DNA of 63,694 nt, counting the filler, from Chrysochromulina tobinii (lineage: Eukaryota): assembly GCA_001275005.1 (NCBI GenBank). It is 8 parts of 8 records of this genome, joined end to end, with 100 filler letters (N's around TTAATTAATTAA, not from the genome) between each part and the next. Parts side by side here need not be neighbours in the genome. Positions count along the whole stretch, not along the records: positions 41,886 to 49,797 come from JWZX01000632.1; positions 49,898 to 56,723 come from JWZX01000634.1; positions 56,824 to 61,812 come from JWZX01000635.1; 5 more parts are not named here. One strand, written 5' to 3'. Under the pieces are notes generated by a model, which did not search any database, was not told where the DNA came from, and was given only the letters and a program-made list of their open reading frames with translations. The stretch's first letter is position 1; each line of letters opens with the position of its first letter. This document shows, in pieces, positions 45,455 to 57,254 of this stretch. The translations under genes and the position numbers were made by a program.

Positions 45455-46660
45455 ATGCTTGCAGTCTGCTGCTTGCTCATCGCCTTCCTGGTGGCGCCCA
45501 CAATCACGCAGGGCATTCCGAGTGGAAACATTGGTGGCGGCGGAGACGGAGGCGGTGGAGGTCGCGGCGAGGATGATCATGATCGCTGCCACGTGAATGG
45601 CTGCTCACGGTGCCAATCCAGCAATCCGTACTGCTGCGCATCATGCTCGACTGGCTATGTGCGCAATACGTGCCACTGCGCGGCGTGCGCCGCCAACTGC
45701 TACTCGTGCGAGTCAGTTGGTGCGGGGTCGTGTGATGTTTGCGACTCTGGGTACATGAGGTCTCCATCCGCACTCGATGAGCGCAAGAGGAGTGCACCAG
45801 CTTGTCTGCCATGCAGCTACGGGTGCTCCCGGTGCCACAATCAGACGGCGGCCGGCTGTGAGGCGTGCTTCTGGCTCTACAGCCTGCGCGATGACGAGGA
45901 GGGCTGTCATTTCTCGTGGGTGCGCCTCGGTGTCACCCTGAGCGCGGTCTTTTCACCAATTGTATATTGGTGCACGAGACGTGTTACAAGACGACGACGC
46001 CGCTCGTTGCCGCCGCCGACAATCGACGAATTCATCGGGCCTGCTGAACACGGCGGCGTAGCCGCTTCGTACCCGAGCGGTCGCTGGCGCGGCTACTACA
46101 CTCATGTAGGCGGGCGTCAGCACGGCGTCGTCGAATTCACCCTCGAGTTCGGTGTGAACGGCGTGGTCACTGGCGGCGGTGTTGATGATGTGGGCAAGTA
46201 CGAGCTGCGAGGGCGCACGGCTGCAGATGGCAAGGTGGCGCTGCGCAAGCAGTACGTGCGCGGCTCGCTGACCGCAGGCGGCCATCTCTCCGCGGAGAAT
46301 CTCGGCCACACGGTGGAGTACAGAGGCGAACCGGCCCGACGGTTGCCTAATTTGGAGCCGTCGCTCAGTGGCGGGCTCAAAGGGTGTTGGACGATCCGGC
46401 ACGAGCAGTTTGATGGGGACGGCCGGTGGCACCTGTGGCCGGTCGTGCTGCCCGCTGGGGCGCTAGGGGGCGCCGGTGGCGATAGCGGCGACGGTGAGGG
46501 CGACAACGAATGCTGTGTGTGCTTTGATCAGCGTATCGATACGTGCCTGCAGCCGTGCGGGCACGTGGCACTTTGCCATGCGTGCGCGACGCGGCTCACC
46601 AATCGGCGCTGCCCTCTGTGCCGCGCGGAGATTCTTGATGTGGTACGCACCACCCCGTGA
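45455..46660 (+). CDS. Type I membrane protein: signal peptide, furin-like Cys-rich ectodomain, TM, cytosolic domain, C3HC4 RING (receptor-like E3 ligase)
   Basis: MLAVCCLLIAFLVA; CxxC repeats; hydrophobic span then RRVTRRRRR; ECCVCFD...PCGHVALCHAC...CPLCR. Confidence 0.87.
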   Translation: MLAVCCLLIAFLVAPTITQGIPSGNIGGGGDGGGGGRGEDDHDRCHVNGCSRCQSSNPYCCASCSTGYVRNTCHCAACAANCYSCESVGAGSCDVCDSGYMRSPSALDERKRSAPACLPCSYGCSRCHNQTAAGCEACFWLYSLRDDEEGCHFSWVRLGVTLSAVFSPIVYWCTRRVTRRRRRSLPPPTIDEFIGPAEHGGVAASYPSGRWRGYYTHVGGRQHGVVEFTLEFGVNGVVTGGGVDDVGKYELRGRTAADGKVALRKQYVRGSLTAGGHLSAENLGHTVEYRGEPARRLPNLEPSLSGGLKGCWTIRHEQFDGDGRWHLWPVVLPAGALGGAGGDSGDGEGDNECCVCFDQRIDTCLQPCGHVALCHACATRLTNRRCPLCRAEILDVVRTTP

Positions 46661-47377
46661 ATAGATATGCCTCACATTATGTGAACGCCGAGTCGCGAGT
46701 GGGCGCCTCTATTTCGTTTGGGTGTAACTGTCGCTCGTAGGGCCAACGGTCGCCGAGTCGCGCCGCCCTAGATGTCCTCTTCGCGGCGAGGAGTGGGGGG
46801 GTGTTTCAAAATGAGCGCGGGTCGTCACCTCTGTTCTCAGAATCCGCGTTCAGCCGTTCACCTCTGTTACGACTGTTTATTCAGATATTCAGAAGGAAGA
46901 ATCGTCAAAGAATTCGGGCTACTAAGTATATATATATGCAACTTTCACCGAAACGGTTGGAAAACCCACACTGCACAGATACGACACGGGAGCTGACGAG
47001 CAAACATTCTGTCTTCCCACACAGCCCGCGGAAGCAGATAAGTGCTTGCATACAAGCCAAGTTAAGCGTGTCTTGCGGACGCCACACTTGTCCTCTTCCG
47101 GGAGGTGGTTACTAATTGTGTGGACACTTAGGCCACGTGTGCAGCGGTGGGCGAGACACGGGTGCTGGAACAATCCTGTTCTGGTAAACGCGCGTGATAA
47201 TCGCGTTCGCGTTCCGCGAGTCCGCGAGTGTGTGACGACGTGCTCCGCGGCATAAGTTCTCGCGTGTGCAGGTGTCGCGGGCGGGGTCGGCGGAGACCCA
47301 TCGTGCCTTGCCAAAAAGGTGCACAGACCCTTTCGTGTCGCGTGTTGCGCGTTACGCCTGACACAAACGCCAGCACA

Positions 47378-47539
47378 ATGGAACTACATTGGGAACGCCT
47401 GGGCCGACTCTTCGGACCGCTCGTGATCGTTGGATCACTCAGCGGTCTACTGCACTTGGAGTTTGAGTGGTCGCTTCGGTGGGCCGTGGTCGCCGGGCTC
47501 TTTGTTGCTGTTCGCCTGCAGAAATGGGCCCTGATCTGA
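47378..47539 (+). CDS. Possible 53-aa two-helix membrane microprotein
   Basis: acaATG start; two hydrophobic stretches (LFGPLVIVGSLSGLL, WAVVAGLFVAV). No homology recognised. Confidence 0.3.
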   Translation: MELHWERLGRLFGPLVIVGSLSGLLHLEFEWSLRWAVVAGLFVAVRLQKWALI

Positions 47540-48309
47540 GCGCAAGCCTCGAGTCCTAGCTCGACCGCATGCCTCAGTCGCCTTCAGAATTCGTACGCTG
47601 CGCCGCCACACCAATTCTACGCCTCCATCCATCAGGACTCTCCGTCTCCTTCTCCAGCCATCCCGCCATCTTCATCTCCATCCAAGGCCAGCGCTGCAAA
47701 TTTCACCCGCCCACTCTTCCGGCGCACCCTGCCCTTCGCACTCCTAGAGCTCTGCTTCACACCGAGCTCGTGTGAAGCTGGTTAGTCATCCTGCACGGTC
47801 GAGGGGCACGGTGCGGTGCTCTGCGCTTCGGGCATCGGTGTTGGCCCGCCGGCCTCGTCCTCATCCTTCCTGAGCTTGTGGTGCCTCGCACGGCCGCGGA
47901 CGCCGCCGATCGAACGCGCGACCGTATGCCATCGGCAGCGCTACATTGTATCGCCGCGGAGCACGCGCTTGGCCGCTCAGTCGCCGCCCTCGTCCTCGCC
48001 GTTTGTTGGCACCGGAACGCAGGCTTGCCGGAGGCGGGTGATGCGGTGGGCGATGCTGTGGGAAAGGACGCATCGGCGGCCTTCCGGCACGCCGCCTGTC
48101 GCGCGGCCTGCGCTCGGGATGGCGCTCGGGATGATGATGCTCATCATGGCGCTCCTTGAAGTCGCAGCGCATGCAGCCGCTCATCATGGCGCTCCTCGAC
48201 GTCGCAGCGCATGCAGCCGCGCAGGAGCAGCGTCACGAGTGCGATCACCAGGCTCAGCAGCGCCGCCTCGAGCACACTCACTCTACCGACCATACTGACG
48301 AAACGGACC

Positions 48310-48760
48310 AAACCGACGAAACGGCCACTCATTGCCCCGACCAAACTGACGAAACGGCCACTCATTGCCCCGACCAAACTGACGAAACGGCCACTCATTG
48401 CCCCGACCAAACTGACGAAACGGCCACTCATTGCCCCGATGCCGAAGAGCGAAGCACGAGGCGACGTTGAGGGCAGCGGCGGCGGCCATGGAGGGTGTGG
48501 CGGTGGTGGCGGTGGCGGCGAGGGCCGCGGCGAGGGCGACGGCGGTTGGGGCGGCGGCGCGGGAGTGGGCGCCCACGGCGGCGCGTTTGGCGGAGGAACG
48601 GAAGATGGGCGGCCACATCGGAATGATGACGAACCTCTGCTGCAGCGAGATAATGTCCGATGACGAACCTCTGCTGCAGCGAGATAATGTCCGATGACGA
48701 ACCTCTGCTGCAGCGAGATAATGTCCGATGGCGAACCTCTGCTGCAGCGAGATGATGTCC
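48310..48760. repeat. Two unrelated 33-bp minisatellites (~48310-48438 and ~48626-48760, about 4 units each) flanking a Pro-rich (minus strand) segment
   Basis: Units ccaaactgacgaaacggccactcattgccccga and gatgacgaacctctgctgcagcgagataatgtcc. Confidence 0.88.
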
Positions 48761-48909
48761 GGTCCGCGCGACCGACCGAGCGAGGGAGTACCTCGAGGAA
48801 CGTCGCTTTTCGCTTGGGGTGACACGCCCTTCTCAGGCCACTGCAGCTCCAGACAGGGCAGACGTGCCGCCTCACGCCTAGAACGGGCTGAGGTGCAGCA
48901 GGCTCCGCT

Positions 48910-49059
48910 TCACGGGGGGACGGGGCGCAGAGCCCCTTTGCGCAGATCCCGCTCTCGCGACAACGTGGCTTCCTCTCCGTCTCGCGCTCGCACGCGTATT
49001 GGCTGCTCGTGTTTGGCATTCTTCGCCGTGGGCGCCTCCTCGGCCGACGTCGCACGCAT
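48910..49059 (-). pseudogene. Truncated paralogue of the Skp1-F-box-LRR gene 5' end
   Basis: MRATSAEEAPTAKNAKHEQPIRVRARDGEEATLSR versus MRAPSVEEQEEAPTAKKAKHEEQIRVRARDGEEVTLSR (38695-38807). Homology stops at ~48955 and a stop follows. Confidence 0.8.
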
Positions 49060-49897
49060 CGCATTCTTCTTTGTGGTTTACCGGTATCCTCCCCGTTTTC
49101 CCCACACGGTGAGACGGCCCGGCGCCACTCTCACGCGACTCACGCTCGGCGTGGGCGCCCCCATTCACAATGAGAAAAGAGGGGCTGCTTTCTTTCTTCA
49201 ATTCTGTGCACCCTTCAAAATCGGCCACATCGCCGACATAGACTCCAAGAAACGCTTCCCGAGCCCCCGATTGCTGCACAGCGGGCTCTCTCTTCCTGTG
49301 CTGCTTGCGTGCATCTGCCGTAGCATACGATGTCAACGCGTGGTGCCGATCGGATCCTCCTCCGAATTCCCTTCCCTCGCTCTGTGTAGCTGTAGGGCTA
49401 TGTAGTCTGTAGCTGTCCGCACTCGTGGGTGCCTCGGGTGACGCGGACACGCGATTGTTAGGCGAGGTGAGATGCGAGGTGCCTGAAGTTGCAAACGAAG
49501 AAGTGTCGAAGTTTGTGTCCTATCCAAATTAACTATTAAGCTTTCCCCCTAACTCTCGCTCGCTGCCACACCAATGTATTTAGGAAGGACTAGTACTAGT
49601 TACTTAGTTTGCCAGTCTAGTACTCCCCTGACCCTGTGTCGCCCCTGGCCTCTACCCTGCACAGTCGAATTAAAGACTCAGTCTAGACGGGACCGTCGCC
49701 GCTGCCAACAGAACACCGTGCTCGACCGCCGTGAGCGACGCACGGCCCAGCGCGCCCGTGAGCATGCCGTGCGGCGACAGCTTCAGGCTCACCGCGGNNN
49801 NNNNNNNNNNNNNNNNNNNNNNNNNNNNNNNNNNNNNNNNNTTAATTAATTAANNNNNNNNNNNNNNNNNNNNNNNNNNNNNNNNNNNNNNNNNNNN

Positions 49898-52800
49898 AGA
49901 GCCGTCGTAGACGCTCTTGGCGTCGGACACCCGGAAGAACTCCTGCTTGCTTGTGAAAACCGGTCTGCCATTGAGGACGCCCAAGGCCGGGAGCGCTTCG
50001 AGCTTCTCGAGCTCTTTCCACGCTTCCTCTTCTGAGTTGACGCGTCTCCCCCTTTCTGGCAGGAATTGCAGGGCCTCCTTGCGTGGCCGAAAGACGAGGT
50101 GGACGCGATACACCATCACCGCCGTCATCCTCTTGAAATCGATCTCGTTCACGCCCCACAGCCGGCAGGCCACGTAGCACGGCTCCCGCTTCCGTTCCAT
50201 CATATCACTCAAAAGCTCGTTCGGCGGCACGCCCCACCACCGGGATATCTCGACCATGCGTGGCGGCGGGCCGAGAATTTGCGAGGTCTCTCGGCGCAGT
50301 GGCACCGCTCCGAGTCCAGAGGGCGCAAGGTCTACGACTCCCGCAGCGGCATGATCGGACATTCCCGCAGCAGGAGAGGGTTCGCGGGAGGGAGCGGGCG
50401 GCGGCAGATCGTCTTCCGGGTCGTCGTAGCCAAACAACGACTTCAGGTAGGACAGGCTGCTGCTTATTGTGCCTGTCTCGTTCCGCGCCGCAGCCGCAGG
50501 AGCAGCGGCGCCACATGAGTATGGGGTGGTGCGCGTCCGGCCATTGTCCCGATGCCGAGAATTGGCGACCATGGGCGGCGGGCCGAGTATTTGCGAGGTC
50601 TCTCGCCTACTGGATCTACTGGCGAACCACCTGAAGTTCCAGTAGATCCAGTAGGCCATTAGGACAAACATGAAAACGTCGTCGAGGTCGAGAAGGATCC
50701 AGTAGTCGACTACGATCTTGTACCCGCACATGCCGCACCACCTCGAGGCAACGGTCGCGGCAACGTCGGCGACCTCCGCCGCCGCCGCGGCGCATCGCGC
50801 ATCCGCGCTTGCGACGAACGCAACCATCGTGGGATCGACGGTGCCCGCTGCGGAGCTGGTCGTGGGCTCGGCGGCGCACGTGCCGGTGCACCGTGAGGCG
50901 TAGAGGAAGAAGATTACATTGTGCATGATGACGCCGTACACTAAGTAGTGGCACGCCTCGTGGTACACGTCGAGCGCCGTCGAGTAGGGCAGCGCGGGCA
51001 GCGAGTCAGAGGACGTGTATTTGATGCAGGTAAGCGTAAGGAGGATGGTGAACGTGAGCGCGAGCCGATCGTGGATTTCAACCGCCGGGATGAACGTCGA
51101 TGCGCACGCGAGCGCGGCGATCACGCCCGGATGAACGAGGAACTTCATCACGAATTGCTGATTAATGCGACGGATGCCAATGCACATCGTGATACCCGAC
51201 TGCTCGCCCTTAGCATTCTCGTTCCTGACTAGCTGGGTCTTGTTCGGGAGGATATCCCAGTCGAAGAGGCTTTTCTTGACGTCCGGCTTCACCTCGAGGA
51301 TGCCTTGGCCGCCCTCCTCCTTGGCCTTGATGCCCTCCGATTTCACACGCATGTTGGGGTCGCAATGGAGCTCGTACATCTTGTCCTTGTGCTTCTTGGG
51401 GAGGAAGAGCTTGACACTGAGCTCGTGCGCGTCGAAGGGGAACTCTTCGAAGTTCAAGTCGAGCTGCACGTCCGTCGCCTCGATCTGGCCCGTCAGGACG
51501 GCGATGGTGCCCTCGCGCTCGGGGTCAGTGGGCAGAGGCGGGAACCAGATGGGCACTTCGTCAGAGCCGTCGTAGACGCTCTTGGCGTCGGACACCCGGA
51601 AGAACTCCTGCTTGCTTGTGAAAACCGGTCTGCCATTGAGGACGCCCAAGTTCGGGAGCGCTTCGATCCGCTCGAGCTCTGTCCACTCTTTCTCTTCCGA
51701 GGTGACGCGTCTCCCCCTTTCTGGCAGGAATTGCAGGGCCTCCTTGCGTGGCCGAAAGACGAGGTGGACGCGAAACACCATCTCCGCTCGCATTCTCGTG
51801 AAATCGATCTCGTTCACGCCCCACAGCCGGCAGGCCACGTAGCACGGCTCCCGCTTCCGTTCCGTCATATCCAACAGAAGCTCGTTCGGCGGCCCCCCCC
51901 ACCACCGGGAACTCGGGAACCCGCAGCGCCTCGCCTCCTCCATTGTCAGCGCATCCAGCGCCGCCGCCCGCCGCTGCCCGCCCGGCCCATACTGCTGCCG
52001 CGATGCGAGCATCTTCTGCAGCGCCTCTGCGAGCCGCTCGTCGTTATTGTACCACTCGAACGGGTGCCCAAGCTCGTTCCTCTGCACGTCCTTGCGAAAC
52101 TCGCCCAGCACCATCTCCGTGCCATACGGTGTGGCCAGACCCTCCGTGCGCAGCGCCTGCCGCACCTCCGCCTCGACCCCGACCACCATGTCTTGCAACA
52201 TCTTCTTGCGCTTGCCGATCACTTGCTCGATGGTGAGCGACGTGAGGTTGACGCTCAGCTTCACCTCGACGACGAGCACCGTGCCCTCGACGCGCGAGCC
52301 GCGCACCTCGAGCCCCGTGAGCGGGTTGAAGAGGATTTCCTCCTCGAATGGGTACTGCGAGAGGAAGGAGATGTCGGCGCCGCGATCGATCATGCCTTGC
52401 TGGATCTCGAAGATCAAAGGAGCGCTTCTGCCGCTCGCTGCGTACTTGATCGCCTCCTCACGCTTCAATGTCGTCGACATGAAGGCACTCTCGATACCAC
52501 CGCGCACGCCGTACTTGTTGGGCGTCCAGAACTGATCGGGGAGCACCATATCGTGGATGCCGCGGTACACCGTCGACGCCTTGGTCAGCTTGCTGAGCTT
52601 GACGATCGCCGAGTTGAGCGCGTGCAGCGTCGTCGTGTACTTGTTGACGCGTCGCGCTGCCCCTTCGAATGCATCGCGCGTGTGCTCGCGCAGCGCCGCC
52701 TCGTCCGCCGCCGTCGGCTTGCGCTCGTCAAACGACGGCTCCTCTGCTAGGCGCTTTGCCTTGGCCTCCTCGGCAGCTTCCGCGTGCGACGCCGCGTCCT

Positions 52801-54358
52801 CCGCGGAGCAGCACAGCCGCACCATCGCGCAGCGCAGGTAAAGGAGCTGGCTGTCGAGCCCGCGCAGCACCGCATTGTACTTGACAAAGAGCGGCCCCGT
52901 GTACAGCCGTGCGCCAAACGCCTCCTCGAGCGTGAGCGCCGGCTCGCCCTGCTCCTGCAACCGCACACCGCGCTCGGCGACGCGCCACGTGAGCTCGGCG
53001 ATCGGCATCGGCGTGCGCCGGCGCTTCTGGCGCTCGTGCGCAATGATCGCGATGCGCTCGCCAAGGCGCGCCGACTTGCTGCCGCCAGGCTTTCGGGCGA
53101 GCACGAGCTTCGCCTCGACGGGCCACGCGCCGTGCGGGCGGCTCCTGGGCTCGGCTACAAAGGCCCACTCGGTCGCCGAGGTGGTCGTGACGCCAAAGTT
53201 CTCCGTCGTGAACTCGAGGTGCGAGTCGGGCTGCTCGGTGTGCTCGGCGGCCATGGCCTCGCGCACGCGCGGCTGCGGCGCGCCCACCATCGCCTCCAGC
53301 CCACCAAAAAAGGTGCTCAGGTCACCGTATGCCATCAGCCCGGCGCCATCCTGCATAAACTTAGTCTGCAATTGCTCGGCCGTCGGCGCGGCGCCCGAGG
53401 CGAGCTGTACGAACGCGGACGAGAGGCGATCGATGAGAGCGTCGATGCCCGGGGTCAGGCGCCTTCTGAGCTCCTGCTTCAGGTCCGGGTTGCGGGCGAG
53501 CGACTGCAGCGCACCAAGCTCGTTCGGACCGCCGACCTCGACAAGCTGCGCCGCGAGCAGCTCCGGGATGCCGAGCGTCCCGAGGAATCCGGCGGCGGTC
53601 CACGACTCGCTCTGTGGCGCGGGTGCTTTCGTCTGTGGAAGTCGTGGGGTCGTATCCGACAGATGCAGCAGCTCACCCGACGACGGCGAGCCCGCCGGAG
53701 CAGCGGCCGGCGCCTTGTAGCGTACGTAGGCGGGGGGCACGAAGGCGATGGCGATATCGGCTGACCAGCTTAGTTTGGCCAAAATAGCCGCGCGCGCGCC
53801 ATCGAGGGGTACGAATGCGGAGAGGGGCACGTCCTCGGGCGCGGCGAAGTCTCGGGCGAGCCGAAGAGGCGCCGCTAATTCATCTTCGTCCCGCGATACA
53901 AATGACCTCTTCTGCCGCCGCTTGTCCAGACGCGTGAGGAACTTGATGACGTCAATACTTGTCGCTCTGGATGGGTCAGCCCAGGGTAAATTCACGTGGG
54001 CCACCTTGAGCTGCTCATCCGCCGTGGCCTGCGCCTTCTTGGCGCGCTCCAGGGCCTGCGCCTCGGCCTTCAGCGTCTGCTCGAGCGCATTGGCTTGCGC
54101 ATTCCCCTCCTTCTGAAGCGCCTTTATCCGGTTCGCGAGCTCGCCACGCTTGCCGAAGTTGAGGAAGAACGTCTTGTCCAGCTCCGCCCGCGCCTCAGCC
54201 TGCTCCGTGCTGAGCTGCTCCACCTTGCGAGCGAGCGAGGCCGCCTCGGACTGCGCCACCGGCCTGCTCGGTGTGGGCTTCCATACATGCGGCGCTTCCT
54301 CGGCGGCCGGCGCCGGCGCCCGCGGTGGCTCATCCCGGTAAGCCAAGGCTGGCTGCAT
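49898..54358 (-). CDS. R-S-E clade ADP-ribosyltransferase fused to a Cys-less pentameric ligand-gated ion channel subunit, followed by the start of a second channel domain; 3'-truncated
   Basis: ART: RLYTG...YNAVLR, VYRG, FMSTT, SQYPFEEEILF. pLGIC: VNEID, LPNL, FEEFPFDAHEL (Pro-loop), WDI, IGIRR, M1 with Pro, DRLALTFTILLT (M2), LPALPYSTALD (M2-M3), M4. Confidence 0.88.
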
Positions 54359-54657
54359 AGCGAAGGCTCTTGGCTCGGCCGGGCTTCGCGTTCGCGTCCG
54401 CGCGTCGGCGGCCGGGCTTCACGAGAACTCACACGAGGTTCCGCGCGGAAAAGAGTGCTCAATCGAGTCCACACAGTTTCGTCACGTACCTTGTACATGT
54501 ACGACCTGAAACAACACTGTCTCTACGCACCCTCTCGGTCAACACAAGTACGGGACTCGCTCCTTCGTTTGGGTTTCGTCATGAAACCGTCAAAGAGTTT
54601 TTCTTGTCGTGACGCTCACGCTCGCCGCACGTCGAGTTGCGCTTTGCTCTGGCCTCC

Positions 54658-56670
54658 ATGGCAAACGTGCCTTCGCCGGCCGACGCGCTCGCACTCTTCG
54701 CGCGCTCGATGAAACTCTGCGCCAAGGTGCCGGCCCAGCACGACGCCGTGCGGGAAGCGGGCGCGTTGCTACCGCTGGTCGCGTTGCTCCGCAGCTCGAC
54801 GTTCGGGGGTGAGACTGCAGAGGAGGCGCGCATGGATGCGCTCGAGGCCCTGTGCGATCTCACGGTGTGCTCGGCCATGAATATGCGCGCCGTCCGTGAT
54901 GAGCTCGCTGAGGCACTCGTGCCGCTCCTGGGCCACGCGCCCCTAGCGCCGGAGCTGTTGTGCATCCTGGCCAGGAGCGGGCGCCGTGGCCAGGAGCTCA
55001 TCCGCGAGGCGCACGGAGTGCAACCGCTCGTTCAGCTGCTCGCCCAGCTCACCGACGCCGGCGCCGGCGCCGGTGGTTCCGCCTCCGCGGCTGCGGCGGG
55101 CGCGCCCAGCAGTGCAGCCGCCGGCGCTGTCGCCGGCGCCGGCGGACCCGCGGCGGCCGGTGCGCCGCTGTCCTCCGGCGCCGGCTCGGCGTTCATAAGC
55201 GCCGCCGCCGCCGCCGCCGCCGCCGCAGACAGCCCTCCGCCGCTGATGCTGCCGACACTGCGGCAGGACCTGAGCGCCGACGAGGCGGCGCTACTTCCTC
55301 GCGTGCTGCGGGCGGTGGCCGCGCTCGCAGCGGGCGATGCCGCGAACCAGGCAGAGCTGCGCGAGGCAGGCGCCATTCCTCTGCTGGTCGTGCAGCTCGA
55401 CAGCCCCGTTGAGGCCAGCCCCGAGGCCGCCGCCGGCGGCGGCGGCTCGGCGCATCAAGTCACGACGGCGTCGCGCTCGTCGTCTTCCCAGCAGCTCGCG
55501 TGCCCCGTCCCTTCGGTCGCAAGTACGTTCGGCTTGCCGCCGCCGCCGTGCGCGGCGCTCTTGCATGCAGGTGCTCACCACAGCGCGGCGCTCGCGGCCG
55601 CCGCGCTCGCCGAGCTCGCTGCCGAGAAGGACTGCTGCGACGCCATCTACGAGGCAGACGGTCTCCGGCGACTAGTAGCCCTGCTCTCGGCGGAGGAAGC
55701 GTCGGTGGCGGCTGAGGCGGCTCATGCCTTGCGCTCGGTCGCGTTCCGATCGGCGGTCGATCGCGACACGATCCGTGAGAAAGGCGGCATCCCGCCGCTC
55801 GTCGAGTTGCTCCGATGCGGCGCGCACACGCCGCAGGCCGCGTGGGCCGCTGGAGCGCTCCGACACCTCGGGTACTCTGATTGCCACTGATGGCCTGCCT
55901 TGCATGCAAGTGCTCAACACAGCGCGCACCGGCACCTCGGGGTACACGAACGAGGCCGTTGATTGCCGCGGATGACCTGCCTTGCATGCCCGTGCTCACC
56001 ACGGCGCCTCCTCCCCACAGGTACACGAACGAGGCCAACCGGGACGCGATCCGCGAGGCAGGCGCGATCCCCTTGCTCCTCGGACTGCTCGACCAGGTAC
56101 GCTGATGGCCACGGATGGCCTGCCTTGCATGCACGTGCTCACCACAGCGCGACCCCGTTGCTCCTCGGGTTGTGCTTGACCAGGGCGCGCCCAAGGCGGA
56201 GGAGGATGCGGCTGGCGCGCTCTGGAACCTGACTGAGCTCTCGAGCGCCAACTGCGCCGCGCTGCTCGAGGCGAACGGCGTGCGCTTGCTGCTCGGTCTC
56301 ATCCAACGCGAAGCCCTCTCGTCGCGCGGCGCCGCCTTCGTGCCGCTCGAGACGGCGCCGGAACCCTTGTGGCGCCTCGCCGAGAATGCCCTCGTCAACC
56401 TTGTCGAGGCGCCGCCCTCGGCGCCCGTCCTCATGCCCACCCGCGAGCGACTGCGGCTGAACCACGCGGCCGTGCGGCTGAACCACGCGGCGGCGGCCGC
56501 CTCGGACACAGCCGTGGGGGACGGAGGTGCTCGGGACGGCGCCGGTGCGGACGGAGGTGCTCGCGACGGCGCCGACTCGAGCTCAGAGGGGGGGGCGCAA
56601 GTGCACCCGGCGCCTGCTGTGGCCCCAGCCCCGTCGGCGCTAGTCGGCGCAAGCAGCAGCAGCGGCGGCG

Positions 56671-56723
<53 letters not shown>
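54658..56723 (+). CDS. Armadillo-repeat protein, 3'-truncated, at least 2 introns
   Basis: REAGALLPLVALL, ANQAELREAGAIPLLV, IREKGGIPPLVELL, AAGALWNL. Introns 55872-56020 and 56097-56183. Confidence 0.87.
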
Positions 56724-56823
56724 NNNNNNNNNNNNNNNNNNNNNNNNNNNNNNNNNNNNNNNNNNNNTTAATTAATTAANNNNNNNNNNNNNNNNNNNNN
56801 NNNNNNNNNNNNNNNNNNNNNNN

Positions 56824-57254
56824 GGCGGCGGCGGCGAGGACGACGTTGGCGGCCTGGGCGGCGGCGAGGGCGGCGGCGAGGGTGGCAGCGAGGGTGGCGG
56901 TGGCGATGGCGGTGGTGATGGTGGCGGTGACGGTGGGCATGGCGGCGGCTTCTGGCTTAGCGGCGTTGTAAGCGCTGTCGGCAGACGCGCCCCGTTGGCT
57001 CGGAGCATGCCAAAGAAGCGCATGCCGCTAGCATGCATGCCGCCGTCGAGCGTGCCGGCGCCGTCGAGCATGCCGCCACGTCGAGCGTGCCGCTGTAGAA
57101 CGTGCCGCAGTAGAGCGTGCCGCGCTGCCGCCGTCGAGCGTGACGCCGTCGAGCTTGCCGCCAATGAGCGTGCCGCCGTCGAGCGTGCTGCTTTGGCACG
57201 AAGAAGTTGTGCCGTCGTCGAGCAGAACTTCTTCACAAGACCGACAAGACACAA
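56824..57254 (-). other. Pro-rich (PPSPPP) open frame fragment preceded by degenerate ~15-20-bp repeats
   Basis: Frame runs off the contig in PPSPPP repeats; gagcgtgccgccgtc-type units at ~57035-57190. Start unclear. Confidence 0.3.
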
